A program made the translations under genes and the position numbers. Below are positions 36,823 to 48,647 of a stretch of 64,000 nucleotides of DNA, piece after piece; position 1 is the first letter of the stretch, and every line of letters begins with the position of its first letter. The DNA is from Moniliella sp. 'wahieum'. Taxonomy: Eukaryota. Location of the stretch: the NCBI GenBank assembly GCA_003971905.1, contig RSEE01000066.1, forward strand, positions 248,001 through 312,000, in the 5' to 3' direction. The notes under the pieces were generated by a model. The model was not told the DNA's origin and searched no databases. It saw only the letters and a program-made list of their open reading frames with translations.

Positions 36823-37225
36823 TGGCGTGGCGAAGGGCGCATGCGGGTGCTCGCTTGGCTGGTGGGTGGTTCTGTGCCTGTGTGCTGTGGTGTGCCTGCC
36901 CAGCGCGTCGGCCTGGCCCGCCGGGCGCCTGAGACCCGCCGTGTTCCGCGGGGCGGAATGGGCTGGCAGCGCTGCATGCCACAGACGATCGGCATCCCCC
37001 GTGCAGCTGGGCCCAGGATGCATGCTGCGCACGTGACTATCAGCCCAGGTGGCCGTGGGCTGCAGCGCTGGCCTGGCGCGCAACGATTAACGACCCCCAG
37101 ACTTATCACGGAAGAACCACATGCGTGTCTGGCCAGCAACGCTCAGCTGAGGCGCAGCCCCACTCGGCTCACGCCAGCCGCCCCCGCCCGCGCCCCCCCC
37201 GCTCCTCCCCACCGCCTCCCCCCCC

Positions 37226-40200
37226 ATGCCCCCCAAGCGCTCCAAGGCCGCCAAGAGTCGCAATGCCTCGGGCGCACGCCCGGCCGCAGCGCCTCCTCCG
37301 CCCTCCGCCGCGCTAGCACCTGCCCCGCCTTCCGCCGCCAATGTCGCCGCCACGGGCACCGTTGCGCGCACCCGCAAGCGCGAGGTGCCCTATGACGCCA
37401 ACCCTGCCACGTCGCCTCTCTACAAGCTCACATCCAAGTCCTTGCTGCTGCTCCCTGCCTTGCTGGCCTGGTATGCCCTCCTGACCGGCATCACCCTCTT
37501 TCTGCACTACAAGCTGCCCAACCCCATCTCGCTCGAGGCCAGCTCGGCCGTTCGGCCGCCGGCAAGCCTGCGCCCTTTTCAGAGGAAAATGCACGCAAGG
37601 TCATGAGCTACCTGAGCGACGACATTGGCTACCGCATCGTTGGCACGCGCGAGCATGTCGAGGCTGAGGACTGGCTTTGGGACCGGGTGAGTGCCAAGGT
37701 GGGGTGGTACCCCAACCCCTCCGTGCCGGGCAAGAACTCCACCCAAGGCGAGCGTTTTGCCGGCGTCCAGGTTGAGGCTTGGCGCCAGATTGACGACGGA
37801 TCGCACCGCTTCGACTTCATGTCGGCCGTCGTGCAAAAGAAGTATTATGGCATCTCCAACGTCATCGTCCGCCTCTCGGACGGTACCGACGAGGGCAAGG
37901 TGCGTATCTATTTTCTTGGCGCTTATGCTGGCTACGGGAAGCTGACCTTTGATGTGGGGGGGGTGTAGGAAAATGCAGTGTTGGTCAATGCGCACCTCGA
38001 TTCAACCCTCCCATCCCCCGGGGCAGCGGACGATGCGGCGGCAGTGGGAGTGCTGGATGATGTCCTGCGTGTCTTGACGACGGGTCTGTTGCCTGAACTC
38101 CACCACTCGGTTATCCTCCTCTTTAACAATGGCGAGGAAAGTCTGCAAGACGCCTCCCACCTTTACTCGACCAAGCACGAAACGGTCAAGTCGGTTCGCG
38201 GTGTGATCAACCTCGAGGCGTGTGGCGTTACGGGACCAGAGCTGCTCTTCCAGGCCACGTCGCATGTGTTCCTAGAGGCGTATGCTCAGGTTCCGCATCC
38301 GTTTGGCACCGTTTTGGCCAACGACGTCTTTGCTACCGGACTCATCCTGTCTGACACGGACTTCCGTCAGTTTGTCCAGTATGCCAACTTGACCGGACTG
38401 GATATGGCCGTTGTCGGCGACTCGTACCTCTACCACACTCGCCGTGACACGCCTGAGCACATTCCGCCCGGCGTGGTGCAGCACATGGGCGACAATGTGC
38501 TTTCTCTCATCCGCTACTTGGCTGCTACCAACGCCACATCCGACAAGCTTCCGAGCGTCTACGAACCGACGCCATTCAACGAGATGCCCTACTTCTTCAC
38601 TGGGCCGCCCGCTACTTTGTCCTTCTTTCGCCCACCTTTTTCCGATCCATCTCCATGGCCACCACGGTCTGGCTCAACTTTGCCATCCAGGCGATCGCTG
38701 AGGGTGATAAGCCATTCCAGGTGTACCTTGCCTCGTTTGCTGCGCTCCTCGGTACCCTTGGTTCAATGGTAGGCGGGATTGTGGGCGCCAACGTGGTGGC
38801 AGCCATCATGATCTATGTCCTGCACCGCCCTCTCACTTGGTTCAGCCACCCATGGGCCCCGTTGGTGCTCTACTTGCCACCTGCCATATTGGGCATGGTG
38901 CTGATCCAGTCGGCTGTTTCGCGCCTGGTTCGGCCCGAGAACCGGCCGTATATGGAACGCGCTTCCTTCACCACGGCATCACGGCTACCTTTGTCTTTGC
39001 ACTTCTCATTGCCAATGTGTTTTCACTGGGCTCGGCGTACTTGGCTCTGCTGGCGGTGATCATGGGGTTGAGCAGCATGGCGTACAATGACATGTGCCAG
39101 GTCGGCATGTCCAACATTGATCTCCATCGCATTCCCGTCGACCGGCGTGTCCACTGGTCCACCTATCTTCTCATGTCCATTCTGCCTGCTACCGTTGGCC
39201 TGGAGGGTCTGACCACCTTCCTCGACCTCTTTACCCCGCTCACCGGCCGTACGGGGAAGATGCGCCGGCGGACCACCTGATCGCCACCATCGTGGGCGGC
39301 ATGTGCCTGCTCTCTGCGCCGGCGCTCATCCCACTCTCTCATCGCTTTGGCGCCCAGTCGCGCCAGCGGGCGATCCAGCTCTTGGCCGGCGCCACCGTCG
39401 TCACGATGGCTATCTTTGCCACGTTCAAGCCGTTTGACCAGCTCCATCCGCAACGGCTCTTTGTCCACCAAACCAAAACCTCACCTCGGGCGAGTGGTTG
39501 ATGAACATGGGCGGTGCCGATCCCGACTCGGCGTCGTTGGCCAAGGTGATTCACGACGCAGCGCAGCACACTGGGTTTGTCGGTAGCCTGCCGGAGAAGG
39601 TAGAGATGCACCCGTGGAACCCGGACTTTGACCCGCTCTACCCGGTCAGTCAGTTTATCGCGCCGTACAAGTACCGCCTGCCTGCGCCCGAGCACGGCGT
39701 TGCCCACCACCCGCAGTTCCGCATCACTGTCACGCACGAGCACTTTGATTGGGACCAGGGCCTGCGCAACGTGACGCTGCACATTGAGCATCCGGGCCTG
39801 ATTTGGTCTGTCGTCGCATTCGATGCGGACCTGGTCGCGTGGGACGTGGGGCCGACGCCGCCGCCGTCGGGGCTGCAGCGGCACCACATCAAGGAAGTCA
39901 GCCGGTTTGGCATCGACTCATGGGACATCAACTTGCTCGTTCGCCTTACCCCTGCCGCGCGCAGGCGGCGCAGCAACGCGGTCCACAGCCGCAGTTTAGC
40001 CACCTCGTCCGTGTCGGCCAACCTGGCCTGGACGATCCGAGTCGGTTGCGCATCGACTTTACCGCCCTGGACGAGAGCGGGATGTACCCGCAAAAGGCGT
40101 CGCAGCACCCCAAGGGGTCCCATGCCCACGTCGACACCTTTGCCTCTCTCGATGCTTTCCTCCTCGAAACGCACCCCGAGGTAGATGCGATGCTGCTGCC

Positions 40201-40228
40201 GACCGTGGCCGGGGTGGCGCTGGCTTAA
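37226..40228 (+). CDS. M28-family membrane metallopeptidase (ERMP1-like)
   Basis: LVNAHLDSTLPSPGAADD, LFNNGEESLQDASH, INLEACG, SDTDFRQF, YLYHTRRD followed by multiple TM segments; intron ~37900-37968. Confidence 0.93.
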
Positions 40229-40492
40229 CTGCCCTGCCCTGCCTACCCAGGCCTGGCTCTGGCTCTGCCTCTGCCTATGCCGCGGCCAATGGGCGGCTGC
40301 AACATGCTTATCATGCTCATCTGGATGCCCATTGCTTGCCCCATATCAGGCAGACCAAGCAGACCATGCCATAGCGGCTCTGCGAAAATAAGAGGCAGAC
40401 AGGCAAGAGAGGTGCGCGATCGACATATGTGCGGGCTACCGAATGGGCCGCCAGGGTATCGGTTGGTAGAGGCGGTGCTGGTATGCCAACGC

Positions 40493-40577
40493 GCCTCGCT
40501 ATTTCAATCGGTAGAATTTGAGACTCTTACTGCAGAGGTCCATCTCACGGTTGTGGGTTCGAGTCCCACGTGGGGCG
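40493..40577 (+). tRNA. tRNA-Lys(CTT) with intron
   Basis: Acceptor GCCTCGC/GTGGGGC, anticodon arm TGAGA-CT-CTT-A[intron]A-TCTCA, T-arm GTGGG-TTCGAGT-CCCAC. Confidence 0.93.
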
Positions 40578-40838
40578 TTTCTTTTTAGCTTCTGCCACCG
40601 AGGTTTGCTAAACCCGAGTCGATGGGAGGGGTGGTGCCTCGGCTGTCTTGATGTCCTTGGCTGGGTCTGAGTCACCCTCGTTTCTAGACCCATCGGCTCC
40701 TCCCGCACACGCACACGACCAATGTAGTGTCCACTGAGCCTTACGCACCACCACGACTGTCCCAGCCGCAGACCAAGGCGAGAGGGGAGTTCGGTTCGTG
40801 TAAGGCTAGGACCTATGCGTCTGACTTCGAAGCAACTA

Positions 40839-40938
40839 GGGCTCATGGTGTAGTGGTATCATGCCTCTTTCGGGTTCGTTCCCGAGCTGGACTCAGTTCG
40901 AATAGAGGTGGTCGTGGGTTCAATTCCCGCTGAGCCCC
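40839..40938 (+). tRNA. tRNA-Pro(CGG) with intron
   Basis: Acceptor GGGCTCA/TGAGCCC, anticodon arm CCTCT-TT-CGG-G[intron]T-AGAGG, T-arm GTGGG-TTCAATT-CCCGC, T7 terminator. Confidence 0.9.
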
Positions 40939-41048
40939 AACTTTTTTTGGTTTGTTGCGCCCCGCGGCGGATGATTGAGACACGGTTCGGGTCGGGGTTT
41001 TCTTGGGTTGCTGCGGAGCCTTCGCTTTGGGGTCCGGCAAGATCACGA

Positions 41049-41283
41049 TGTTGAGCCATCGGGTGGCTCGTGCTTTGACCAATGTCCCTTCAGTTCCTCC
41101 TCATGCCTGGGAGTTCTGTTTTTCTCTCCTGTTTTTCCTTGTTCAGCAGCTTATACTAGCCCCGGTGGCGACTCGCTGCTTGATGTTCCTCTGTAGGCGT
41201 TGCTGGTTGGCTTAGACCACCACCACCACCAGTGCAAATTGCATCACCATCATCGAGGACCACCAGGACTCCAGGTATCATCA
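41049..41283. mobile_element. Solo LTR (family 2, copy 1)
   Basis: TGTTGAG...TCATCA termini; near-TSD CACGA/TACGA; highly similar inverted copy at 56650-56879. Confidence 0.75.
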
Positions 41284-41986
41284 TACGATGCTGTGGTGAA
41301 TGTGCGCCGCGCAAGTTGGAACGTTGTACTGCTGCGCTGGCAAGCAATCTCAGGCTTAAAGCTTAACCCCCCAAGCTACAACAGCACTGATGATTAAGAT
41401 GATCAAGAATCATCATCTCCGTCTCGTGATGAAGACATTTCTCGTCTACTCCTCTACATATCAGGCTCCCCCACGGTCTGGATCCAAATTCTCCCGTCTC
41501 TTTACTTCAGTCGCGAGGATGGCGCAGGTCCGTCGTAACACCATTGTTGGTATGATAGCGTAGAGAGTGCGACTTGCGCACCGTTCGTCGTGTAGTTGAA
41601 GGCGGCAGGAAATCGCTTCATATTCCAGCCTTTTGACTCTCGATAGATCTGTTGTGTGTATCATCTTCGGAAGATTCCACTTTTCGGACAAAAGTGGGGG
41701 TGTGTAACTATATTGCGACGGCAAAGAGGACTAATGGCTAGGATCTATGTTCGTATCGAACCATCACAGTGATCAAACGGCCCCATGGGGTTGATGTATG
41801 TCATTGTGTGGAAAAAGGAAGAGACGATCATGGTGTGGAAAATGGTGAGAACAAGCGGCCTGATGCTGAGATCAAAAAAATGACAAGGAGGGGGTGTATT
41901 GCTTCTTGCAGTTCACGCCTCCACCTCTCTCTCCAGGAAGCAAAGTGTTGGTCCCGAACAGGATGCCAACGCCTGAACCGAGAGCC

Positions 41987-44121
41987 CTACGCCCTCAAGA
42001 CGAGCAACGCCACGCGCAGCAGCCAGCGCCGCAGCGGGGATGCGTTGAGCGAGAAGAGACGCGTCGCCGACGAGACGGGGTAGTTGGCCGGCAGCCCCGC
42101 CAGCAGGCCGGCAACCGAGGCCGAGGGCGCAATGCCATAGTTGATCGCAGCCAGCGCCTTGGTCGTCTCGAGCAGCGGCTGCCGAGTGCCAGTCAGGTGC
42201 TCCAGCACCGACGCCGAGCGCACCGCTTGCGCCACCTTGCCCGCCCCACCCAGCAGCGACGCCTGCGAAAAGGCAGTGTTGAACGCACCCTGCACCACGG
42301 CCGCCGCGGCCGCCGAGTTGAGCACCGAAGAACCGTACTGCGCCAGCGCGTTGGCCACAATGGCTTGCGTCACGCTCGACTGCGCCGACGCGGCCAGCGC
42401 GGCCTGGGTGCGCGCGGCAATCACGCTCGAAGCCGCAGCTTGCGCCCGCGCCGCCACAATGCTCGAAGCGACGACCTGTTGGGCCACAGCGCGCTGCTGA
42501 ATGGCCTGCGCTACGACCGAGCGAGCGTAGCTGGACGCAGCAGCTTGCTGGATCGCACTGGCCACCACCGAGGACGCTGCCACACCGAGCGACTGGGCCT
42601 GGATCGCGCGCGCCACCGCGGCCGCTTGGCTCGCCTTGACCACCGACGAGGCAAGCGAGGACTGAGCCACGGCCGCGTAGGCAGCCGCCTTGAGCGTCGC
42701 CTGCTGCTCATACGCCCGCTCGCCGCCAAACTGGACCGCACTGGAAATGGCAGCCTGGGTCAGGGCCGAATTCTTAATGGCCGCCAACGACGAGGCAATG
42801 CTGCTCCCAGTCACACCAGCTTGAATCAGCGCGCTGTCCAGGGCAGTCTGGATGGAACGCGACGCGACCGTCTCCGAAAGTGCCGCGGCCACATCTGCCG
42901 AGGTAATCCCGGTAGCCGCTTCCAGAGCAGCGGCAGATCCAATGCCCGAAATACCTGCAGCAAGAGCAGCCTTGGCCGTAGCAGCCGACCCATAGCCGTC
43001 AACCCAGCGGCCGTAGCGGCTTGGAGGGCAGCGGTAGATCCGTACCCGGTCAGTCCAGCAGCCGTGGCAGCTTGGAGGGCAGCGGTTGAACCGTAGCCGC
43101 AAACCGCAGCATCAGCAGCCGCGGCCTCGGCAGCGCCACGGATCCATAGCCCGTCAGGCCAGCTGCGGCTGCGGTCTGAGCAGCAGCAGAGTCGTAGCCC
43201 GTCAACCCTAGCGCCGCAGCCTGGAGAGCGGCGGTAGAGCCGACGGTTGCAATGCCATTCTCATACGCAGCTTGTTGTGGGACGGAAGAAGATTCAACGG
43301 TTAGTCAGGAAAAGGTCGGAAAGCAACGGGGATGAGAACACACCAGGTTGGCGGTAGCAATGTTGCTCGCCTCGGTGGTTGCCGCTGACTTGATAACGGC
43401 CGAATCGGCGGCCTCGGAGGCGATGAGCGACTTGCGTGCCGCCGTCTGGGCAGCCAACGTAGCCACTTCGGCAGCTTGGGTAGCCTTGATAGCGGCCTCG
43501 CTGGCAGCCTGGGACGAGACCTCCGAGTTGGAGGCGAAAAAGTTGGACTGCTGGGCAGCCAGCTCGGAGGAAGCGGAAGAGATCTGGCTGGCCTCCGAGG
43601 CGGCGGCTGCTGTTGGGCCGAAACGAGGGTGGCGGCTTGTTGCTGTTGGATCTGGCTCAGGCCCACCACCGACTGAGCAAAGCGTTCCTCGGCAATCTCC
43701 TGGTTAATGCGCGAAGACAAAATGTCGGCTCCGGCAAGGCAGCGCCCGATGCATTGTACACCAGATCCGCAGTAGCACCCCACGACGCTGGGAGCTCAGA
43801 AAGAGGCGCGCGTACGCGGCTTCGGGCCGATACCACCGGTGGCAAGTTGGGTAGCCGCGTCCAAGGCCAGGACGGAGCCCGAGAGAGCGGGGGCAAAGGA
43901 CGAAAACGAAGTCAGGGGGTCTGCAGGGCGAGGGCCGAGGGAGCGACGAGGTGGACCCGGTGGCCCGACTTGAGCAGGCCCAGGGCGACGGGCAGACCGT
44001 AGTCGGCATCGCCGAGGAAGACGATGGTCTTGGGCGCCTGGGCCAGGAGGGCTGGCGGCGAGTGGGGCTGCAAGAGACGCAGCGGCGGCGGTAGAGGCGA
44101 GGGAGGGCGAAGAAGGCCATT
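41987..44121 (-). CDS. Ala/Ser/Gln-rich low-complexity repetitive protein with (G)LTGYGSTAALQAATAA repeats
   Basis: ATG ~44121 downstream of TATATAA (~44239-44245); intron ~43272-43343 with a CTAAC branch site; long Ala-rich ORF 41987-43102; frameshifted, C-terminus may extend to ~41871. Confidence 0.7.
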
Positions 44122-45721
44122 GTGGGGGAGAAGGCTTTTGCTGCGAAGAGGGGTGGGGTGCTGGTAGAGGGGCGAGAGAGGGGAGCGTGTGCGGGCGCAG
44201 GTGGAGAGAAGAGGTGGCTGGGGCGGGTGGGTGGGCTGGTTATATACGGCTGCTGGGTGTGGGGGCAAGGGGGGCTGAGCAGAGGCTGTGTGTGCAGGAT
44301 GGATGCGCTGCTGCAGGGTGCACGGACCGCTGGGCCGAAGACGCAGCTGCAGGGGCAGGCGCAGGGGCAGCGCAGGAGAGCGGGTGGCCGGTGGCTGCCA
44401 ACAGCGCACGGCGGGGCACAGCGCAGCCGCTGCGGGCGATGCGCTGGGGCGATGCGTGCGGGCGATGCAGTGGGCGATGCAGTGGGCGATGCAGTGGCAA
44501 TGCAGTGGGCAATGCAGGCCCCACCACCGCTCTTCTGGGCGGCCGAGCTGCAGGCGAGGCATGTGGCTCTGCCGCCACCACAAGCACCCACCCGCTGCTG
44601 GCCTGCTGCCGCCCGTGTCTGCACATCCGGTGGAGGCGGCGCCCTGCTCCTGCGTCCGCCCGACGCCTCCCGCTGGCGCTCCTGAGCCGCACCTGAGGCC
44701 CAGGTAATAGGCCTTAGCCTTCGGCCTTGGGCCTTGGAGGTGCGACGGCGGGCGGCCGACACAGACGCCGTGCGCCTCGCCTGCTGGTCGGCGGGCCACC
44801 GCGCCGACACGGGCGCGGTGCGGGCCGGGCGCTGGCTGCATATAACTCGGGCCTTGGGGTGCGTGGGGGGGGGCCAGCGGCAGGGGCGCGGCCAGGCACT
44901 GCGCCGCCACGCCGGCTGATGTGGCCGCCAGGGCGCCAGGGCCGCCGGTCGGCTGGAGTGGGCGGGCAAGCTAAGTCCTTCCCATGCTGGCCCACGAAGA
45001 AGGCCTATGCCCCCCGCACGCATCCCCCCGGGAGCAAAGCTTACGGAGCGCATTCTCCGCTAATCGATAGCGTGCTTTCTTCCACCCCCTCTTTTGGCCG
45101 CCCGAGCTCACTTGGGCCGCAAACGAACCCTCCCCTCTTCTGTCCCGACTCAGTGCCCCGCCTGGAGGACATCCCGCTTAGAACAGCACACCACATGTGT
45201 GGGCACACTTCTGCGCCTGTGCTATCGCGATTCTCGTCGGCAACGTGCGATGTACAAGCCCACTAGATAGAGTAGCGTATACACAGTTGCCACTCCCGCT
45301 GTGCGTTCGGGTGCACAGACTACCCGAGGAGTGTCGTGTCCCGACCTATTTCGCCTGTGCCACACTCATCTTTCTCCGTCCCTCAGCTGCGCCAGAAGAA
45401 CCACGAGAGGATAAGGGCACATTGGGAGGGTGCTACATACAACCACACTGTAAAACGCAACATGTACATCCGTCTCGATTGCGATCCCAGGCGCGACTAG
45501 GCATTCTGTGCGCATGTCTCTGCCTCTACTGCAGCAGGCATCCAAACGACCAGGGCGCCATCCTATCCACCACTCCCTCTCCCAACATGAGTCCTTGATC
45601 ACGCGAAGCACGTTCCAACCACATTACCCAAACAAAGGAGACTGTGGCAATTGGATTGAGCAGCCTCAAGTTCAAGCTTGAAGCGTTGTGAGCACACGGC
45701 CACCTCCTGCACCAGCCAGAT

Positions 45722-46674
45722 CATTAATTCACCCGGGGGAGATCCACGAGCAAGACGAGCGGCATGCTGCCGTTACTCTTTCTTGCCCTCCGCCGCAGTC
45801 CAAGCCACGTCGCTCTTCGACTCGATGGTGCGGTACGGGTGGAGCGCATGCGCCAGCACCAATCTCCATTGGAAGGTCATTCGTCTCGGCGCGCCAGAGC
45901 GCCGTCTCGGCATCTGGCGCGACGCCCGTCTCGACATGGCGCTTGACCAGCCGCTCTCGCGCAACGTCCCGTCCACCTGCAGCAGCCACCGTTCATTCGC
46001 CGCCTCGGCGCCGCGCCGCCACGGCAACTCGTCCGCGGTACAGTACAGTCCTTCCACCACAACCACCTGGTGGTACGGGCAGACGCGCACGCCATGCTCC
46101 ACCGGGTCCTTGGCCGCATGAGAAAAGCCGGCGCCCACACTTCTTGGCCCGCACTCGTCGTCAGCGCCACGACAAAGTCGGAAAATGCCTACCGCCATTA
46201 CACGAATCGCCTGGCTTCGCCTCGGCCCCCCTCCGGCCGCGTCCCTTTGCTTTCGCTGCCCCCGAGCCAAAACGTACCTCGCCATCAAACGTGAAAGGCG
46301 CGCCGCGTCGGTCGTGCGCCAGCTTGGGGTCCGGGAAGGCATCCAGTTGTTTCCGACTGAAATGCCACCCATCCATACCGACCACGACGGCCACGTCCTG
46401 CCTTGTCGGTGGCGTTGGTGCCAGAGCGCATTGACCTGCTTGACCACCGCGGCGGCGAGCGAGGACTTGCCCGAACCGGGGATGCCACACAGCGCGACGA
46501 CGTAGCGCTCGCCTGGTTTCACACTGCCGCAAGCGGGTCGTGGTGAGCGGGGAGCGCGAGCAACGGGGGCACACACATGCCAAGCCCCCACCCAGATCCA
46601 GATCCAGATCCATCCACGTACTTTTCAGCGCGCGCCTCGAGCTGGAGCGCCAATTCGTTGACAGTCTTGTCCAT
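45722..46674 (-). CDS. P-loop kinase, Yfh7/uridine-kinase-like
   Basis: VVALCGIPGSGKSS Walker A, VGMDGWH, RRGAPFTFD, FSHAAKDP, VVVVEGLY; 3' end approximate. Confidence 0.85.
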
Positions 46675-48647
46675 CGCTGGGGCTAGGGAGAGACGAGCCG
46701 AGCAGTGGCCCAAGCGCGCCCCGCGCTGGCCCGAGCGGGGGGTTATAAAAGCAATGGGTTTTGTTTTGTTTTGGTTTTTTTTTTTTTCTTTTTGTTTTGG
46801 GTTGCCAGGCCAAGCGGCCAGCGCAGCGCGGGTGGACCGATTGCAAAGAGGCCGCGGCCAGTCCATCCGTTGCATTTCGCACATTGCACCACTCCTCTCT
46901 CCCATCGTGCATCGCCCGCTCGACACATTCCCCCCTCCCCGCGCGATCGGCCATTGGCAATCGGAGCGCACCAGCCATCTGCTTCCCGCAGCCAGTGGGC
47001 ATCCTCGCCCCACGATTGCATGATGCCTGGTTGCAGGCACGCCGACGCTATACCCCTGGCGAAAGTGATGGCATGTGTGTGGTGCTCAGCGCTCACTGCG
47101 CTCACTCATTTGCTTCCACCTTAGACCTTAGGAAAGGGCAAGAGGGAAATAGGCTGGCGTCATTCGCACTGGGGGGGTCGGTCCTTCCTGTGCCCGTGCT
47201 CACGGAGAAGGTCCCCCAACAAGTTAGACCAAGAATGGGAGAGCAAGGAGACGTTGTGAGAGGACGAAGTGACTGTAACAGAGCAGAGGAGAACCGAAGA
47301 GTGACTAGCGTTGACTTTGACTCCACCCACTCCTCTGGGTTGGAGTATGGTGGCATGTGCATGTGCATGTGAACCCACTTGATGTGATGGCTTGATCGGC
47401 CATGTCGCTGACAACCGCAACTACTGGCTATAGTGTTCCGCGACTGGGGCGCTCCGGATTGGGTATACCGTCGCACCTGGTTCCCCTCCTTCCTCTTCTC
47501 CCTGTTGCATCCAAGGTTGGGCTAGCGCAAGGAGCTTCCATGACGCAGTATCTCTGACGGTTTCCGTCCTGCACAGGTGAGCTTCCTGTTTTTTCTCCGT
47601 GTGTTTTCTTCCTGCTTCTGGCGCTTGTCCTTTTGCCAACGGTTGAATTCAAGGTGGGACTAACGCCAGGAGCTTACAAGAAGCTATCTCTGACTGTTTC
47701 CGCCCTGTACAGTACAATCGTCTTTAGCTTGGTAGCGAAGCTACTTGGCGGTTGACGGACAACCGCGCTTCTGGGCTCTCATTCTCATTGGTGCGACCGA
47801 TTCCTCCCGCCCCCCCTTGATCGCCCAGTGTAGTGCTTCGCCCGAGCCCCCATTCGTTCACCCTGCTCCCCACGGCCGAGAGGAACAGCCCAGTACACCG
47901 TCGAGACGGAGGAAGAGCGTGCTGTGGGAGGATCCGTGGCGCCCTCGCAGACAGCCGCGGTGGGCCAAACGCTTGTCTAGCCGTCCTGGACTATACGGAA
48001 GCACTCGCCTCGGCAGCCCCACAGACATCCCGTACCGAGCGACGATGAGCGTCGTCCGCAGGAGCGACCGAGGCGCCCATCACGTGCATGCGCGCCGCGG
48101 GGCTCTCCCCCGTGCTCGACGGACACTGGCAGAGGAGCCACACCATCCCCATTATGGGTCCGTCGTCCGAGTTGGGGGTGTGTCGGCTAGCTGCGGCACG
48201 GGGAGGAGGCAAACTGCGCTCTGCCGATCACGGTCGAGACATCCAGGATTTTCTCCGGATTTATTTGGGGCGCGTCCATCTGCCCAGCGCTCTGGGGACG
48301 GCGTGGAGAGCGGCGACGCGGGCACGGTGGATGGGGGTGTGGTGTGTGGTGTGTAATGGAGCTGACGATTGGCTGGTGTTTCATGCGACGCGTGAGGCAG
48401 GACGAGTGACGTGCATGCGCGCGTGGCGGCGGGGCAGAGGGCCAGTGTGGGCAGCGCATTGTGGCGGCGCGGCTCCTTTGTTTGTCTCTGCCTTTTTCCC
48501 AGGCCTGCACCGCTGGGCAATCAAAGCACCTCCGCCGCAGCCTCGCTTGCGTCCTCTGTCCCGCCCGTCTCGTCTCCGTCTCCGTCGCCGTCTCTCTCCG
48601 TCGCCGGCACACCGCCCCGCCCGGCGGCCTGTGCGTTCCCCCACACC

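Noticed and set aside
43704..45266. Long overlapping ORFs (e.g. 449 aa) upstream of the Ala-rich gene
   Set aside because: Stop-poor, very GC-rich promoter and low-complexity DNA with no domain signal; likely spurious.
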